A stretch of DNA of 63,157 nt, the filler included. It is 6 parts of 6 records of this genome, joined end to end, with 100 filler letters (N's around TTAATTAATTAA, not from the genome) between each part and the next. Parts side by side here need not be neighbours in the genome. Positions count along the whole stretch, not along the records: positions 29,481 to 43,948 come from DRR378314_705; positions 44,049 to 49,903 come from DRR378314_709; 4 more parts are not named here. The stretch is one strand, 5' to 3'. The notes beneath the pieces were generated by a model, which saw only the letters and a program-made list of their open reading frames with translations, searched no databases and was not told where the DNA came from. This document shows, piece by piece, positions 34,371 to 46,290 of the stretch (position 1 is the stretch's first letter; each line of letters begins with the position of its first letter). The position numbers were made by a program, and so were the translations under genes.

Positions 34371-35958
34371 CAACCTGCAGTCGTGCGCAGCGCGTTCCGC
34401 GCACCCCGCGCAGTGCGAAACAGCGCGCAGGCAACCACCACGAGGTGAGCGCAGTGCAGGAAGAACGACGCGGCCAAGGGTGGGTGCCCGGATAACAAGA
34501 AAATTGGCATGGAATCGGGAATCTGAAGTGTAAATGTAGAATCTCAGAAAAAAAGGGCTGATCCGAGGTTGCTGGAGGCGCTGCAAGTGCGCCTACGTGC
34601 GAGGGAAAACGCGCGCTCGCGCCCCCCGGTTCGGCAGCCAGGCGAGCAGCGGGCGTCACAGGCAGGCTCTGGGGGCCTTCGCCCACTCGCCACACCGCGG
34701 CGCGCCCACGGCCGCTTCCTCGCCGGCCGCACCGCTGTGTGCGTGCATCAACAGGGTCGCACAGAGTGCTAACAACGAAAATGTGTCCAGATCACAGATA
34801 CAATCGAAATATTTGACATGCCAGTCGGCGTTCGCTGAAGCAGGCACACCCTCCGGCGCCCCGGCGAGATAAGAAACGCGCTTTGCAGCGCCGCACGAGC
34901 ACGCAAAGATAATAGCGTGCTCGGCCTTTGAGCAAGGTAGCACACAGGCTTTCCCGCCGCTACACCTGTTCCCACGCAGGCGACCACCCGCCCTTGAAAA
35001 AACAAGACAAAGAACGCGCGCAACAGCCAGCAACACCTTTTCTCTCCATGCACGCACACATACACAGAATCGGGATGATGCGCTGCGGTGTACCCGGGCG
35101 CCAAGAGACACTGAGGTATTCGCACGCTTGCGCGCGTCTAGCGTTCGCCCTAGCTCATCTGAAACTACGCGCGTGAGTCAGTGTACGCGCGGCAACCACC
35201 GCTCACACTGCTGCGGTGAGCGAGCCTGCAGGGCCCCTCCCCGCTGAGCCCGGCACGCACGCGCTGGCTGCGACCACCGCCGTGGCGGAAACCCAGAGAT
35301 GAAATAGAAACAGTCGACATTCCTCTGCTTTGCAAATGAGAAAAATCAACGCGCAGGTTCTCGACGCAACCTATCGCTGGGCGGGAAAGCATCAACAAAC
35401 CTTGAAGCGGCGGGCAGGAGCGGAGGCGAAACGTGTTTCTCCGTGCTTGATCGCGCTTGGCGGCTACGGTCGCGATAACTCGACGCGCTGGGGAGATGTG
35501 ATTTGCTGGTTTCCCCGACAATAAAGTTTACCTGAATTCGTGCAATTTACGGCAACTCCTTGGCAAAGGGGAAAGCGCACGCTGTGGCCCCAGTGCTGGA
35601 CGGTCCTCGAGCACACACGAATTCGTCTCCGCGGTCAACGTGTAAACCCTAACGCGCCGACACGCCGCACTCGAGCCCGGCACGCGCCGGAGGGCCAACA
35701 CAGCGCGCGGTCGTATTCGCTACCCAAAGCCCAGCGCGAGGCGAGCGCACAGCCACACCCTTGGCGGGCCAAAGCGCTTCCTCAGTGGCATCCTCGCATC
35801 AATATCTCGCATAATTTTGCCTCTCAATAGATTTGGAACCGCTGACCCTCCCGAAAACGCTTCAAGGGATAGCTGTTCTCCTACCACGTGGCACCGAGTA
35901 ACGTGAACAAGTGCAAGGGCTGCTTCGGAGGGGAGGCTCTAGCGGAATTCCGCGCACG

Positions 35959-38900
35959 ATGGCGAGAACCGAGCGCCCCGGGTTGCCTTTGCGCACACCA
36001 TCCCCGCGCAATCGCGACAATTCTGTCGCATACGACAGCAAGTGTAGTGCAGGTAGCATAGAATGGTCGCTCGCATCAGTCCAGCCCATGTTCTGCCCGG
36101 AGAATGAAGCACTCGTGCAAATAACACTGGCTGGCAACGTGCTTGCAACTCGTGGAGACACGCTCCGCATTCTGGGTCATACGCAGGCGCAGTTATCCCA
36201 ATCTGGATTCATAGGCCTTATTCACCCAAGTGATATAGGTGATTTTCGATCACTTATCGATGGTATACAGAAACAGATGGAGGTGGCAAGTCCAAATCAA
36301 GAGGCTATCGAGCTGTCTACTGCTGCCGAAAGGGCAATTCGCTGCCGGCACCGCGCTCGCGAATACCACATCGTGCGCGCGCGAGTTGCTGGCTTCCTCC
36401 CGCCTTCATCAAGCCGGGCAGCGTCAATCCTCTTACAATGCTCGTTGTACACTGAAACTACCGTATCCCTGGAGGTGGGAAAGGCAAACCGGGCGTGGAC
36501 GCGGGCCATTCTGAACGCTGCAGAGCAGTGTACGGCGGTGCTCTCGCCCTCTGGCCAGTTCACATGGGCCTCCGAAGGCCTTTGCGAGCTACTCGCGCGC
36601 GACGCCAGTGCGCTGGTCTCTACACCATTCTTGCACCTCCTCGCTGACGATGCTCTCTCAGAGAAAACACGTGCGTCGTTCTTTGAGTTTATGTCTGCTC
36701 CATCCGAGGTGCCGGTCGAATCACTCAAACTACCATGCGCGCTCCAGCGATTCGACAGCACGCCGTGCTCGAACGCCGCCACGGTTGCGATCGTGAAAGT
36801 TAGCACATTTGCATTCAGTACCGGGACTATCCTCAAGTTTCTTGTTGTGGTGAACCCACGGCCTCAGAAGACTTGCACAGAGCCATTGATGCAGTCGCCG
36901 CAAAGACTACAGCAAGAGACTTGCGCGAGCACTGCGCTGCATCCACATGCGCCCTTTGGCGCGGCTGCGGCGAGTCTCGTGCGCGCACTACGGACGCGCG
37001 CGTGGCTTGCCACAGGCGACGGGAAGCTCTTAGCTTGCTCGGCTTTAGCAGCACAGCACGCTCACGAAAGCCTACCGTCATCATCCAGATCTGCAAATGA
37101 CAACACTTGTACTTCAACCGACTCGCTGCCGTGTTCCTGGGAACAAGTATTTCCCGAGGGTGTTCGAACAGAGCTGGCGGCGCTAGTAGCACAGGCGCAG
37201 CACACGGCAAATCCCGTGACGCGCAAGATCCACTGGGTCGATACTGATCGAGGAAACGATTCGATTCACGCACAAGTAACACTGTGGTGCCCACAATGTG
37301 TATCTCTTTCTCCAACAGCAAGTTGCAGTCTACACCAATGGCAGCCGCTGGCACTAGAGGGGGTGGGGAATCCTTCGCGAACGCAAGTGGATGGCTCCTG
37401 CTCTACAGACAGTCCAGAAGGGAGCCGTGCGACGACCGGAACACTGATCCTTGTCGAAGTTACAGCAGAAAACTCAACCAACACCTGCCCGTTGACAGTG
37501 GAAGAGAAAGACGCCGCGCGCACTACTGAAAGTGAGTCTATAGAAACTATGCCTACAGAGCCTGTGTACGACAATTGTTGGAGCACGGTCCGGTCAGTGT
37601 TGGACGCAATGCAGGACGGTGTACTTCTCCTACAGAATGAAGCCATCACGTACGCAAACGACGCGGCACTTGAGATAATGCGCGCCCCGTCGCGAGCAAC
37701 ACTTGTGGGAGAGCCCGCTGTCAGAGTGCTCGCTGGTGAACTGTGGGAGCAGTGTCAGACGGTTCTGAGCGCCAGTATAAGCGGTAAACTCTGCGGGCAG
37801 GCTTCAATCGCATTGGCAGAGGGAGCACCGAGTGCGGTCGCCTACACTATTATCCGCGTTCGGTTTCGTGGAGCTCCTGCGCTTCAGGTCTCCATCAAAG
37901 ACACCTCATCGTCTACCATGGTTGAAGAGGCGCTTCGCGAAAGCGTGAATCGCATTTCTATGCATGCCAACGCGACCAGAGAGTCTCTCCTCTTCCACGA
38001 GAACGGGACGATCGTGGACTGCAACGAGCAGTTTCTGGCAACGTTTCGCTGCGATGTGCAAGAAGTGATTGGGCGACAGATATTTGACTTTGTCGAGCGT
38101 CCTTCGCACCGCAAGCACGCGAATGAGACGCGACGTACCATCAGCCAACACGGCGCGGCAGACTCCGACAATTCTTCATCGCCATCATCGAGCGAGCTCA
38201 CGGGTGTGTATACGGGACAGGCAAAACGAAGTGATGGAACGTTCTTCCCGGCGGAAATTGCCACGCACCGCTCCGCAGTGCAAGCGAGAATGGTTTCAGT
38301 TACCACTGTGCTCGATATTTCAGAGCGACTCGAGCGGCTGCAGCGCGAAATTGGCGCTGCGCGCTCACAGGCGGAGCAGCATGCAAAAATTGAATTCGTG
38401 GGCTTTGTCTGTAATCAACTGAGAAATCCGCTCAACGGAGCCATGGGAATGGTGGAATTCTTCCTCGAGGGAGACGATTTGCCCATGGAAAAGCGCGAGT
38501 ACGCGCTCAGTATGAAGACGTGCGTGGAGGACATGCACCGCGTTGTCGACGACGTGTTGAACTTGTCTTCCGTGCACGAGAACTCCATCACCATCGAGAG
38601 CTCGGAGTTCAACCTGCAAAAAGTTGTCGACGACGTGATAAGCAAATCGCGGGAAATGGCGCGCGCATCGTCTCGTAACACGAGAATATCTGCGATGCTG
38701 GAAACACAGCTCCCGCGATACGTGCTTGGCGACGCGACTCATGTACACAAGGTACTCCTCGGCCTAGTCCATCACGCGCTACAGGCAACAGAGCGCGGAT
38801 CGGTCGCTGTCACTATCGAAATCGAGCAGGAACTGCCGAAGCACCTCGTTCTCCTGTTCGGCGTCAAGTGCTCGGCGCGAATGATTTCTGACGAGGATCG

Positions 38901-40268
38901 CGCGGCAATTTTCAGTCCGTACACGGACACGATTTCATCATACGTGTCGAGTGGCGCTACTGCTGCATCATCGCTGTCTGTGATTCGCGGAATAATCGAT
39001 CTTATGGGAGGGGCGATAAGCGTCTCTGAGAACAGTGTGTCGTTCACGCTAACCGTCGGATACGATCAGCAAGGAGCTGCGCGGCGGAAGCACTCGCGCC
39101 TCTCAGGCTCCGACACGCCACGAGGCTCGCCATACGACATGAGACAGAGCGAAACACACATTCTCGTCGTCGAAGATAATCGCATCAACCAAAAGGTCTT
39201 GCAGAAGATGATTCGCACTGCGAACTATAACGTGACCTGTGCAGACAATGGTCTCGAGGGCGTTCGGCTCCTGGAATCGACACATTTTGATCTCGTCCTC
39301 ATGGACGTTCGAAGTACGTTTCCGTGTCGCTTCTCTCGCGCACAACACTTCTAATCCCTGCAAAGAGACAACTGAGTACAATCATCATGCTCACACAATT
39401 ATGCCTGCTCAGGCAGCGTGTTTGCTGCGAGAAATTCGAATTGGACGCGACCATAACTGTAGCGAAAGCAACTGGCGAGTGCATGTGTGGGTGATCGACC
39501 GCATTCGAAGGAAAAGCCTGCTGTATTCCTCGCGCCTGCGCGCGCACACATAGCCACGATGTGAAGTCACACGGAATCCTTCATGTCCGAACCGCACGAG
39601 TACATGCCTATCATCGAAGTCTTCCACTCTCGAGAGCCGCTGCGCTCTCCGTACACAGAGGACGCGTAGCTGCATGGTGGCGTGAACGGACCTGGCTGTC
39701 CCTGCCGACTGTGGGTTGGTGGAGGATGTTCCTGCGGCGCGCGCGCATATCACGCCGTTCTCCCCCTTCTTACGCCCGCATCCATCTCCTGTTACGCATA
39801 CCTTATCCTCACTGATCTTGTTTCTACCTATTTCTCGCATCCTTGGCGTTTCAGTGCCTGTCATGGACGGGTACACCGCCGCAGAGCACATTCGCAACGA
39901 GCTCAAGCTCACTGTTCCCATTGTGGCGCTGACAGCCAACGCGTCTGACCGAGAAAAATGCCTCCAAGGTGGGATGAACGACTTTCTTCCGAAACCGCTG
40001 AAAAAGAACGTACGTGAGGAACAGCTTGTCGTCGAGTACTTTGTGCACGCGAAGCAGACTGCGAGAGAAGCACAAACGCCGCCGCGCTGGTGCGTGTTGG
40101 CAGAGAAAGCGGGTGTGGCACAAGAGCGCGCTCGGAAACGGCGACCGCCGCTGTCCGTATGCGATACCGTTCACCCCAAAGGCCTGATCTACTTCCGTTT
40201 TGTGTTTTTCCTTTCTTCCGGCATCTATCCAGGATCTTCTGGCCATTGTGAAGAAGTGGGTGACGTGA
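35959..40268 (+). CDS. Multi-PAS hybrid histidine-kinase-like protein with degenerate kinase core and intact receiver; 3 exons (35959-39313, 39855-40009, 40233-40268)
   Basis: About five PAS-like repeats; HisKA 'AKIEFVGFVCNQLRNPLNGAMGM'; HATPase-like 'LPRYVLGD'; spliced receiver 'ILVVEDNRINQKV...DLVLMDVRMPVMDGY...PIVALTANA...GMNDFLPKP...DLLAIVKKWVT'. Confidence 0.92.
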
Positions 40269-40879
40269 ACGCTCGCTCTATCGACTGTGAGGTCGACCCG
40301 CAAGAGTAGATGGGAGGAATCGAGAGATGAAACCCTAAGAGATACAGCACGCGCATCGCGCTCAACACATAATGGTGGTTTATTGCATGGAATACTCTTA
40401 CACGTATTTACACAGCCCAACGACAAAATACCAATGTATATCAAGCTCAGAAAATCCCACATACAGCCCCTCCATCCGAGAAGAAAAAAAAAAACGCGAC
40501 CACATCCTCATCCCACCGACTCACTCGCCCAAGCACACTTCCTTCGTACATCCCCAGCGAACACGGAGCGAAGAGTGTGAGAGAAGCAAAGCATACTCGC
40601 TTCGCACTTCAGCTGCGCACGGCGAGGCCCGCCAGCACCTGAATAGGACTGGGAGCGGTGCGCCGCGTTGGCGATCGCGTCGCGCCTCGCATGGCACTGT
40701 GCAATAACCCCCGCATTTCCGACAGCAAGACACTCATTTTGCACCGCCACCGCCGTGCATCGCAATATATCGAGAACAGCGCTATCCGTTCTCCGCAGAG
40801 ACACAGCGGACGGGACTTGCATGTGTCGAGAAGCGGCGCGAGAGCACGTTTGCGGTGGAGAGCGCGCGACAAACGCGAT

Positions 40880-43800
40880 TTACGTCGTCTGGTTCCGCCG
40901 GAGCTCCAGAACATGCCCGTTGATGCGCTCTACGAATTTTGCACCAATCGCGACATCGCGGCCAGAAAAAAAAACATTAGCCACCACAGGCTTGAGCGCG
41001 CGACCAACCGTGCCATCTATCCGCGCGCAGAACAATCTTGCATCCAACCTACCCGAGTTCGGCTCCCCTGAGGCGCTTTGGATAGACAGGACGAAAACAA
41101 CAACAACAACAACTACAGTCCAACATCTACAAGAAAGCAGAAATCTACCGGAGAATGATCCGGCATGCAGCATAGCTGGGGCGGGAACTGCAGTGGTGCA
41201 GCTTCGCTCTGGCGCTTTGCCGCGCTGTCCGTGTTCGCGTTGCCGCCTCGTGCAGGCGCGGGGGGTCCTCAACAAAGACCTCCCGTGCACACGATACGGC
41301 AAGCTACGTGCCGATCGCAGCTGTCGGCGCTCAGGTGCACTCGCGCCAGCAATCTCGCCAACAATGTGCAGCAAATTCTTCTGAGCGCGCGAGGACCAAG
41401 AGGCGTTTCATACTACAATCTCGAGGGCGCTTCTGAGCCACTGCTGGTGGAGGAAAAGGGCAGTGCTGTGGGAGCAGAACGAGGGAGAATCGAGAACCGA
41501 TGCCTCACCGCCCTTATCCCACAAGCAGCTATTGTGCACGCCCTCGTGCCGCCCATCTGCTCACAAACGAACGAGAATGAACGCAATGCCCAAAGGCCAG
41601 CCGCTTGCCAATCGTGGACGGAGAGCAGCACGATCACGCGCAACGCGCATCTTGCAGCACTCCGGGTAGCCCACACACGCGCCATCCCTGGCGCTCGCGA
41701 CCGCGCCCCGGCACATGCAGCATCGATCGTACCGGCAAAAGCAAGTGTCTTCTTGAATCGCTCCGAATCCTGATTTCGCTCACGCGCGAGTCGCTCGCGC
41801 CAGCCTTCTACGCCGCTTTCCACAGACGACGCTGCGCGGCGAAATTCCGTCTGGATAGCGCACGGGGATTCAGCAGCACAGCAACGCACCGCACCTCAGC
41901 GACGATTCGGCGCACGCGTGCGCGCACACATTACGCTCGTAGATGGGAGACTATGCGTGCGCTGTTGTAACAAGGAGTGACTTCTCTTATGCGCTTGCGC
42001 TCCGCTGACCGACGCAGTGCCGAACGGTACCGCCGGAGCACATTGACCGCACCAGACATAGAAAAAGATACACCGCCGCCACACGGACACACCCGGGAGA
42101 AATATGCCGCGGCTCGCGCGCATTTGCCTGTGTGTAGCAACTAGGCACCTTTGAAAGAGCGCTTCATACGCAGAATATCTGCGTGGCTCTGAGCGAGGGA
42201 ATAGCACAGCGCGCGAAAGAGCTCGCGTACCCTCCCGCGCGCATGATCCTCGCGCGCAGACTTCAGCTCCGACGCGAACCGCTCCATGTCCTTCATAACA
42301 CTGTCCATCTCCACGCCGGAGCGACCGCCCGCATCCTCGGTGGTTGACGAAACCTCATCTTCTGCAGCAGCAGTGCGGCGCGTCCGTGGAGCGCGCAGTC
42401 GCGCGCGCAGGTTGTCGCGCTCAGCGACAACCGCCTCGTACCTGTACAAGAACGAGCGCACCAAAAAAAAACCGGCAGCGTGCGCGTGAGCGCACAGCCA
42501 TTCGACAGTGCTGTTGAGGACTTAATAGACTACGCGTAGCCACTGGTCCTGGTACTGACCGAAAAAAATACAAGAGGGAACGCACAATTCCTTCGGAACG
42601 AACGAGTCCTCCGACACTCTCTCGGCTTCCTGCGACAGGCGTCGCTCCACACGCAACTCGCGCTTGAGCTCCCGAATCTGCACGTGCCATTACAAAGACG
42701 CACATAGGAGTCAGAAAAAAAAACAGGAGTAAGAAGGACAAATCAATCGCATCGGACAGAAGTGCAACACAGGTCGTTTCATGAAATCTGGCAGCTTAGC
42801 CGCGTCTATTTCCCTGCCAGACGCACGCCACGTGCCAACTGCAATCCTCCTTCTTGCGCGCCAGACAGCCGTTCCCATCCGGCCCCAACCAGGACCTTTC
42901 GGCCTTGCAATGTGGCTCCCGTGTGTGCACATAGGAAAAAAATCAGAAATACGACGGTCGCGGCGGGAGTGGGAGAGCGGAATGGCGCCAACAGCAGTCG
43001 TGGTATCACTCGCGCGACATGGCACGCGTTCGTGGCGCATCAGCCAGCAAGTCGCACGCCGGTGTCCAAATAACGCGCAATTCCGGTACGTCAAGTCAAG
43101 CCCTCGTCATCATGCAGACCAAGGCGAGTCCAACAAAGGAAAAGAATCGCTTGCGAGATGCAGCAATTCGTAGAAGAACAATGTATATATGCAAGGACGA
43201 AGGGCACAACTCTTTGCTTGAACGCGTTCGGAAGCGCAGCAATCGCCGCGCGCTTCGCGATAGTTGGCACGCGAGACAGGAGGACGACACGCCCGTCGTA
43301 CCGTTTTATCCTTCACAGCCACATCGCTCTCGAACGCCTCTACCCGAGCACGCAATTCTGATAATTCTTTCTCCAAAACGGTGTTTTTTAATTGGTGCGC
43401 CTGTACAGAGATTCGGGAAAGGCGCACATGAGTCACAGAGAAACGTTGGGCAGTACGCACAAGCGAAAACAGTTGGAAAAAAAGTGGCCGGATCTGCTTT
43501 GCAATGCGCACAACGAAGCGCATGCCGAGCGCCAAGGGTACGATAAGACTACACACAACACCACTTCACAATAATCCATGATAGCACTCTCCGGAGCGCC
43601 CCGCTGTGAGCGGTGAAGAGAAAGCGCGCGGCCAACGCGCCCGATGAGTACGCGATTGCTTACCATGTCAAACATTTTCTGCATTGATGACACAGAACGC
43701 GCATCAGAGGCAGGGCTTTGCGGCGATGAGCGATAAAACTTTCGGCCCCGACCGCTGCGCGGGGAAGTTGGGCTCTGAACCGAAGCGAGCAGGAGCGAAC
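40880..43800 (-). CDS. Hypothetical coiled-coil protein, multi-exon; ends approximate
   Basis: GT-AG-bounded exons join in frame: 'MQKMFDM / AHQLKNTVLEKELSELRARVEAFESD / IRELKRELRVERR / YEAVVAERDNLRARL / ERFKKTLAFA', with possible last exon 'ERINGHVLELRRNQTT*'. Confidence 0.55.
41097..41113 (+). repeat. Short (CAA)n microsatellite
   Basis: About 5 CAA units seen directly. Confidence 0.6.
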
Positions 43801-43948
43801 GGCGCGACCAGCACGCGTGAGCGCAAACGAGACGAGCCCAGGTAGCCACAGCTCCCTAATGCTACGCAAGGGAAGAAAATACTGTAGGATATGTCAGTGG
43901 TAGAGTTGAAAAGTTCCTGCCTCTTTGCATGGCACACTCCGCTCAGTA

Positions 43949-44048
43949 NNNNNNNNNNNNNNNNNNNNNNNNNNNNNNNNNNNNNNNNNNNNTTAATTAA
44001 TTAANNNNNNNNNNNNNNNNNNNNNNNNNNNNNNNNNNNNNNNNNNNN
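43949..44048. other. Artificial contig spacer
   Basis: N-run / TTAATTAATTAA / N-run. Confidence 0.99.
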
Positions 44049-44077
44049 AGCGCGTCTACCAATTCCGCCACCTGGGC
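44049..44077 (-). tRNA. tRNA-Leu 5' portion, truncated by the contig end (anticodon not visible)
   Basis: Reverse complement GCCCAGGTGGCGGAATTGGTAGACGCGCT gives an acceptor-stem start and D-arm typical of bacterial tRNA-Leu. Confidence 0.8.
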
Positions 44078-44274
44078 AGGTGTCGTGGAGGCGCGTTTAA
44101 GCCGACTGGCGAGAGGCGTCAACCAGATTCGCGGCGTTTTTGAAAGTTTTTTGGTGTCGAACCCCGCCATGGGTTTTTACACCGGATTTTCAGGTATGCG
44201 CGGCGTTATTGCGCCTTGTTTGCAGGGCACTTGGGCGGTAGATCAGATCAGAGCAAGACAGCAGGAGCGCCATC

Positions 44275-45258
44275 ATGTCCAAACTGGTCACGATTTTCGG
44301 TGGATCGGGCTTTGTCGGCCGATATATCGCGCGACGCATGGCGGCCGAAGGCTGGCGCGTTCGCGTTGCCGTACGGCGGCCAAATGAAGCGATGTTTGTC
44401 AGACCTTATGGCGCGGTCGGACAGGTCGAGCCCATCTTGTGCAATATTCGTGATGATGCATCCGTTGCTGCTGCGATGCACGGTGTCAACGTCGTGGTGA
44501 ATTGCGTCGGCGTTCTGAATGAGCTGGGCAAAAACGCGTTCGACGCTGTGCAGGCTGAAGGGGCGGAACGGATCGCCCGGCTGGCGGCAGCGCATGGTAT
44601 CGACCGTATGGTTCACATCTCGGCCATTGGAGCCGATTTGGAATCCGACAGTGAATATGCGCGCACCAAAGCACAGGGTGAGGCGGGTGTTCTGCAACAC
44701 ATGCCGGACGCGGTTATTTTGCGCCCCTCGGTCATCTTCGGAACCGAAGATCAGTTCTTCAACCGTTTTGCCGGGATGACCCGGTTGAGCCCGTTTCTGC
44801 CACTTGTCGGAGCGGATACCAAGTTTCAACCGGTCTACGTGGATGATGTGGCACAGGCCGCTGTTCAGGGCGCGTTGGGCAGGGCCTCGTCCGGGGTTTA
44901 CGAACTTGGCGGGCCCGAGGTCAAAAGCTTCCGCGCTTTGATGCAGCAGATGCTGGGCGTGATCCATCGCCGCCGGATCATCATTGGCATGCCTTTCTGG
45001 GCGGCCAAAATCATGGCCGGAGTGCTGGACATCGCAAAGTTCGTCAGTTTCCAGTTGTTCCCCAATCACATCCTGACGCGCGACCAAGTGAAGAACCTGC
45101 GGCGCGATAACGTCGTGACAGAAGACGCCAAAGGTTTTGCCGATCTTGGGATCGAGCCTTCGACACTGGAATCGGTTTTGCCCGAATATCTCTGGAAATT
45201 CCGCCCTTCGGGTCAGTACGACGAGATTCAGAATTCGGCCAAGAACCTACGAATCTGA
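44275..45258 (+). CDS. Complex I NDUFA9-family NAD-dependent epimerase/dehydratase
   Basis: 'VTIFGGSGFVGRY', 'RVAVRRP', 'HISAIGAD...YARTKAQGE', 'FQPVYVDDVA'. Confidence 0.92.
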   Translation: MSKLVTIFGGSGFVGRYIARRMAAEGWRVRVAVRRPNEAMFVRPYGAVGQVEPILCNIRDDASVAAAMHGVNVVVNCVGVLNELGKNAFDAVQAEGAERIARLAAAHGIDRMVHISAIGADLESDSEYARTKAQGEAGVLQHMPDAVILRPSVIFGTEDQFFNRFAGMTRLSPFLPLVGADTKFQPVYVDDVAQAAVQGALGRASSGVYELGGPEVKSFRALMQQMLGVIHRRRIIIGMPFWAAKIMAGVLDIAKFVSFQLFPNHILTRDQVKNLRRDNVVTEDAKGFADLGIEPSTLESVLPEYLWKFRPSGQYDEIQNSAKNLRI

Positions 45259-46062
45259 TCAGCTGTAGGCGATCACCAGCAAGATAGATCCGAAGATGAC
45301 GCGATAGATCACGTAAGGCGTGAAGCTGACGCTGCGCAGTAGCCGCATCATCAGGCTGAGAGCCAGAAGTGCGGCAACGAAAGCGAAGGCTGCAGCGATT
45401 GCGCCATCTTTGGCCAGTTCCCAGTCAGATTCGCGGATGACATCGACTGACAACAGCACGCCCGAGGCCAGAATGGTGGGGATGGACATCAGCATCGCAA
45501 TCCGGGCGCCGTCTTCCCTGGTATAACCAAGCTGACGAGCTCCGGTGATTGTGATGCCCGAACGCGAGGTTCCTGGGATCAGGGCCAGAACTTGCCACAA
45601 CCCCATGATAATCGCATCCTTCAAGCTCCAGTCTGATGCGTGCTTGGATTGCTCCCCCTTTTGATCCATCCAGTACAGCAACAGGCCAAAGCCCAGCATT
45701 GTCCAGCCGATCACCGTGACTGAACGGAGAGATCGTTCAAGCCCTGTCATGTACAGGATCGCACCAACGATGACGGTCGGAATGGTGGCGACGATCAGAC
45801 CCAACGCCAGCCGAGCCTGTGGCGTATCGATTCGTCCGCGAATGACTTCGGGCAGGCCTGCCAACGCCTGTCTCACATCCGACCAGAAATACAGAACAAC
45901 CGCGCCAAGCGTTCCCATATGGACGGCCACATCAATTGCCAGCCCTTGATCATTCGCGGCTGTCAGACCTGGCAGAAGGATCAAATGACCCGAGGAAGAG
46001 ACAGGCAGGAATTCGGTAACGCCTTGTATGATCGCCACAAGAATCAAGTGAAATAGGCTCAT
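45259..46062 (-). CDS. uppP: Undecaprenyl-diphosphate phosphatase (BacA)
   Basis: 'QGVTEFLPVSSSGHL', 'ALIPGTSRSGIT'; start at MSLFHL. Confidence 0.95.
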   Translation of the reverse strand: MSLFHLILVAIIQGVTEFLPVSSSGHLILLPGLTAANDQGLAIDVAVHMGTLGAVVLYFWSDVRQALAGLPEVIRGRIDTPQARLALGLIVATIPTVIVGAILYMTGLERSLRSVTVIGWTMLGFGLLLYWMDQKGEQSKHASDWSLKDAIIMGLWQVLALIPGTSRSGITITGARQLGYTREDGARIAMLMSIPTILASGVLLSVDVIRESDWELAKDGAIAAAFAFVAALLALSLMMRLLRSVSFTPYVIYRVIFGSILLVIAYS

Positions 46063-46290
46063 CTGCTCTGCCAGTGTTGTGGTCGTTTTGTTGCGATCAA
46101 TGGGTATAAGTGTGGTGTTGGAAAGGAAAGCGCTCATATAGATCCGAATCGGACCTAAATATCAGAGGGAATCCGCGAAAAAACCCTTTCGGCTGACAAA
46201 TTTCTGTAAATAGGTCAGTATAATTGACTTTTCATCCTGCGTACCATCTTTTAAAGAGGCCTGAGTAAGCCAATTCATGGAGTCTGAGCC

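Noticed and set aside
35330..35524. 'LIALGGYGR' resembling the GlnD nucleotidyltransferase motif
   Set aside because: 64-aa ORF lacking the DxD catalytic motif and the rest of the domain; probably chance.
35959..39313. Intron-free 3.3-kb exon as evidence of recent bacterial origin of the kinase
   Set aside because: The gene has two spliceosomal introns, and the native HEATR1 gene has an even longer exon.
46214..46228. Imperfect palindrome GTCA-N7-TGAC upstream of gltD
   Set aside because: Overlaps promoter-like hexamers and cannot be assigned to a regulator from the sequence alone.
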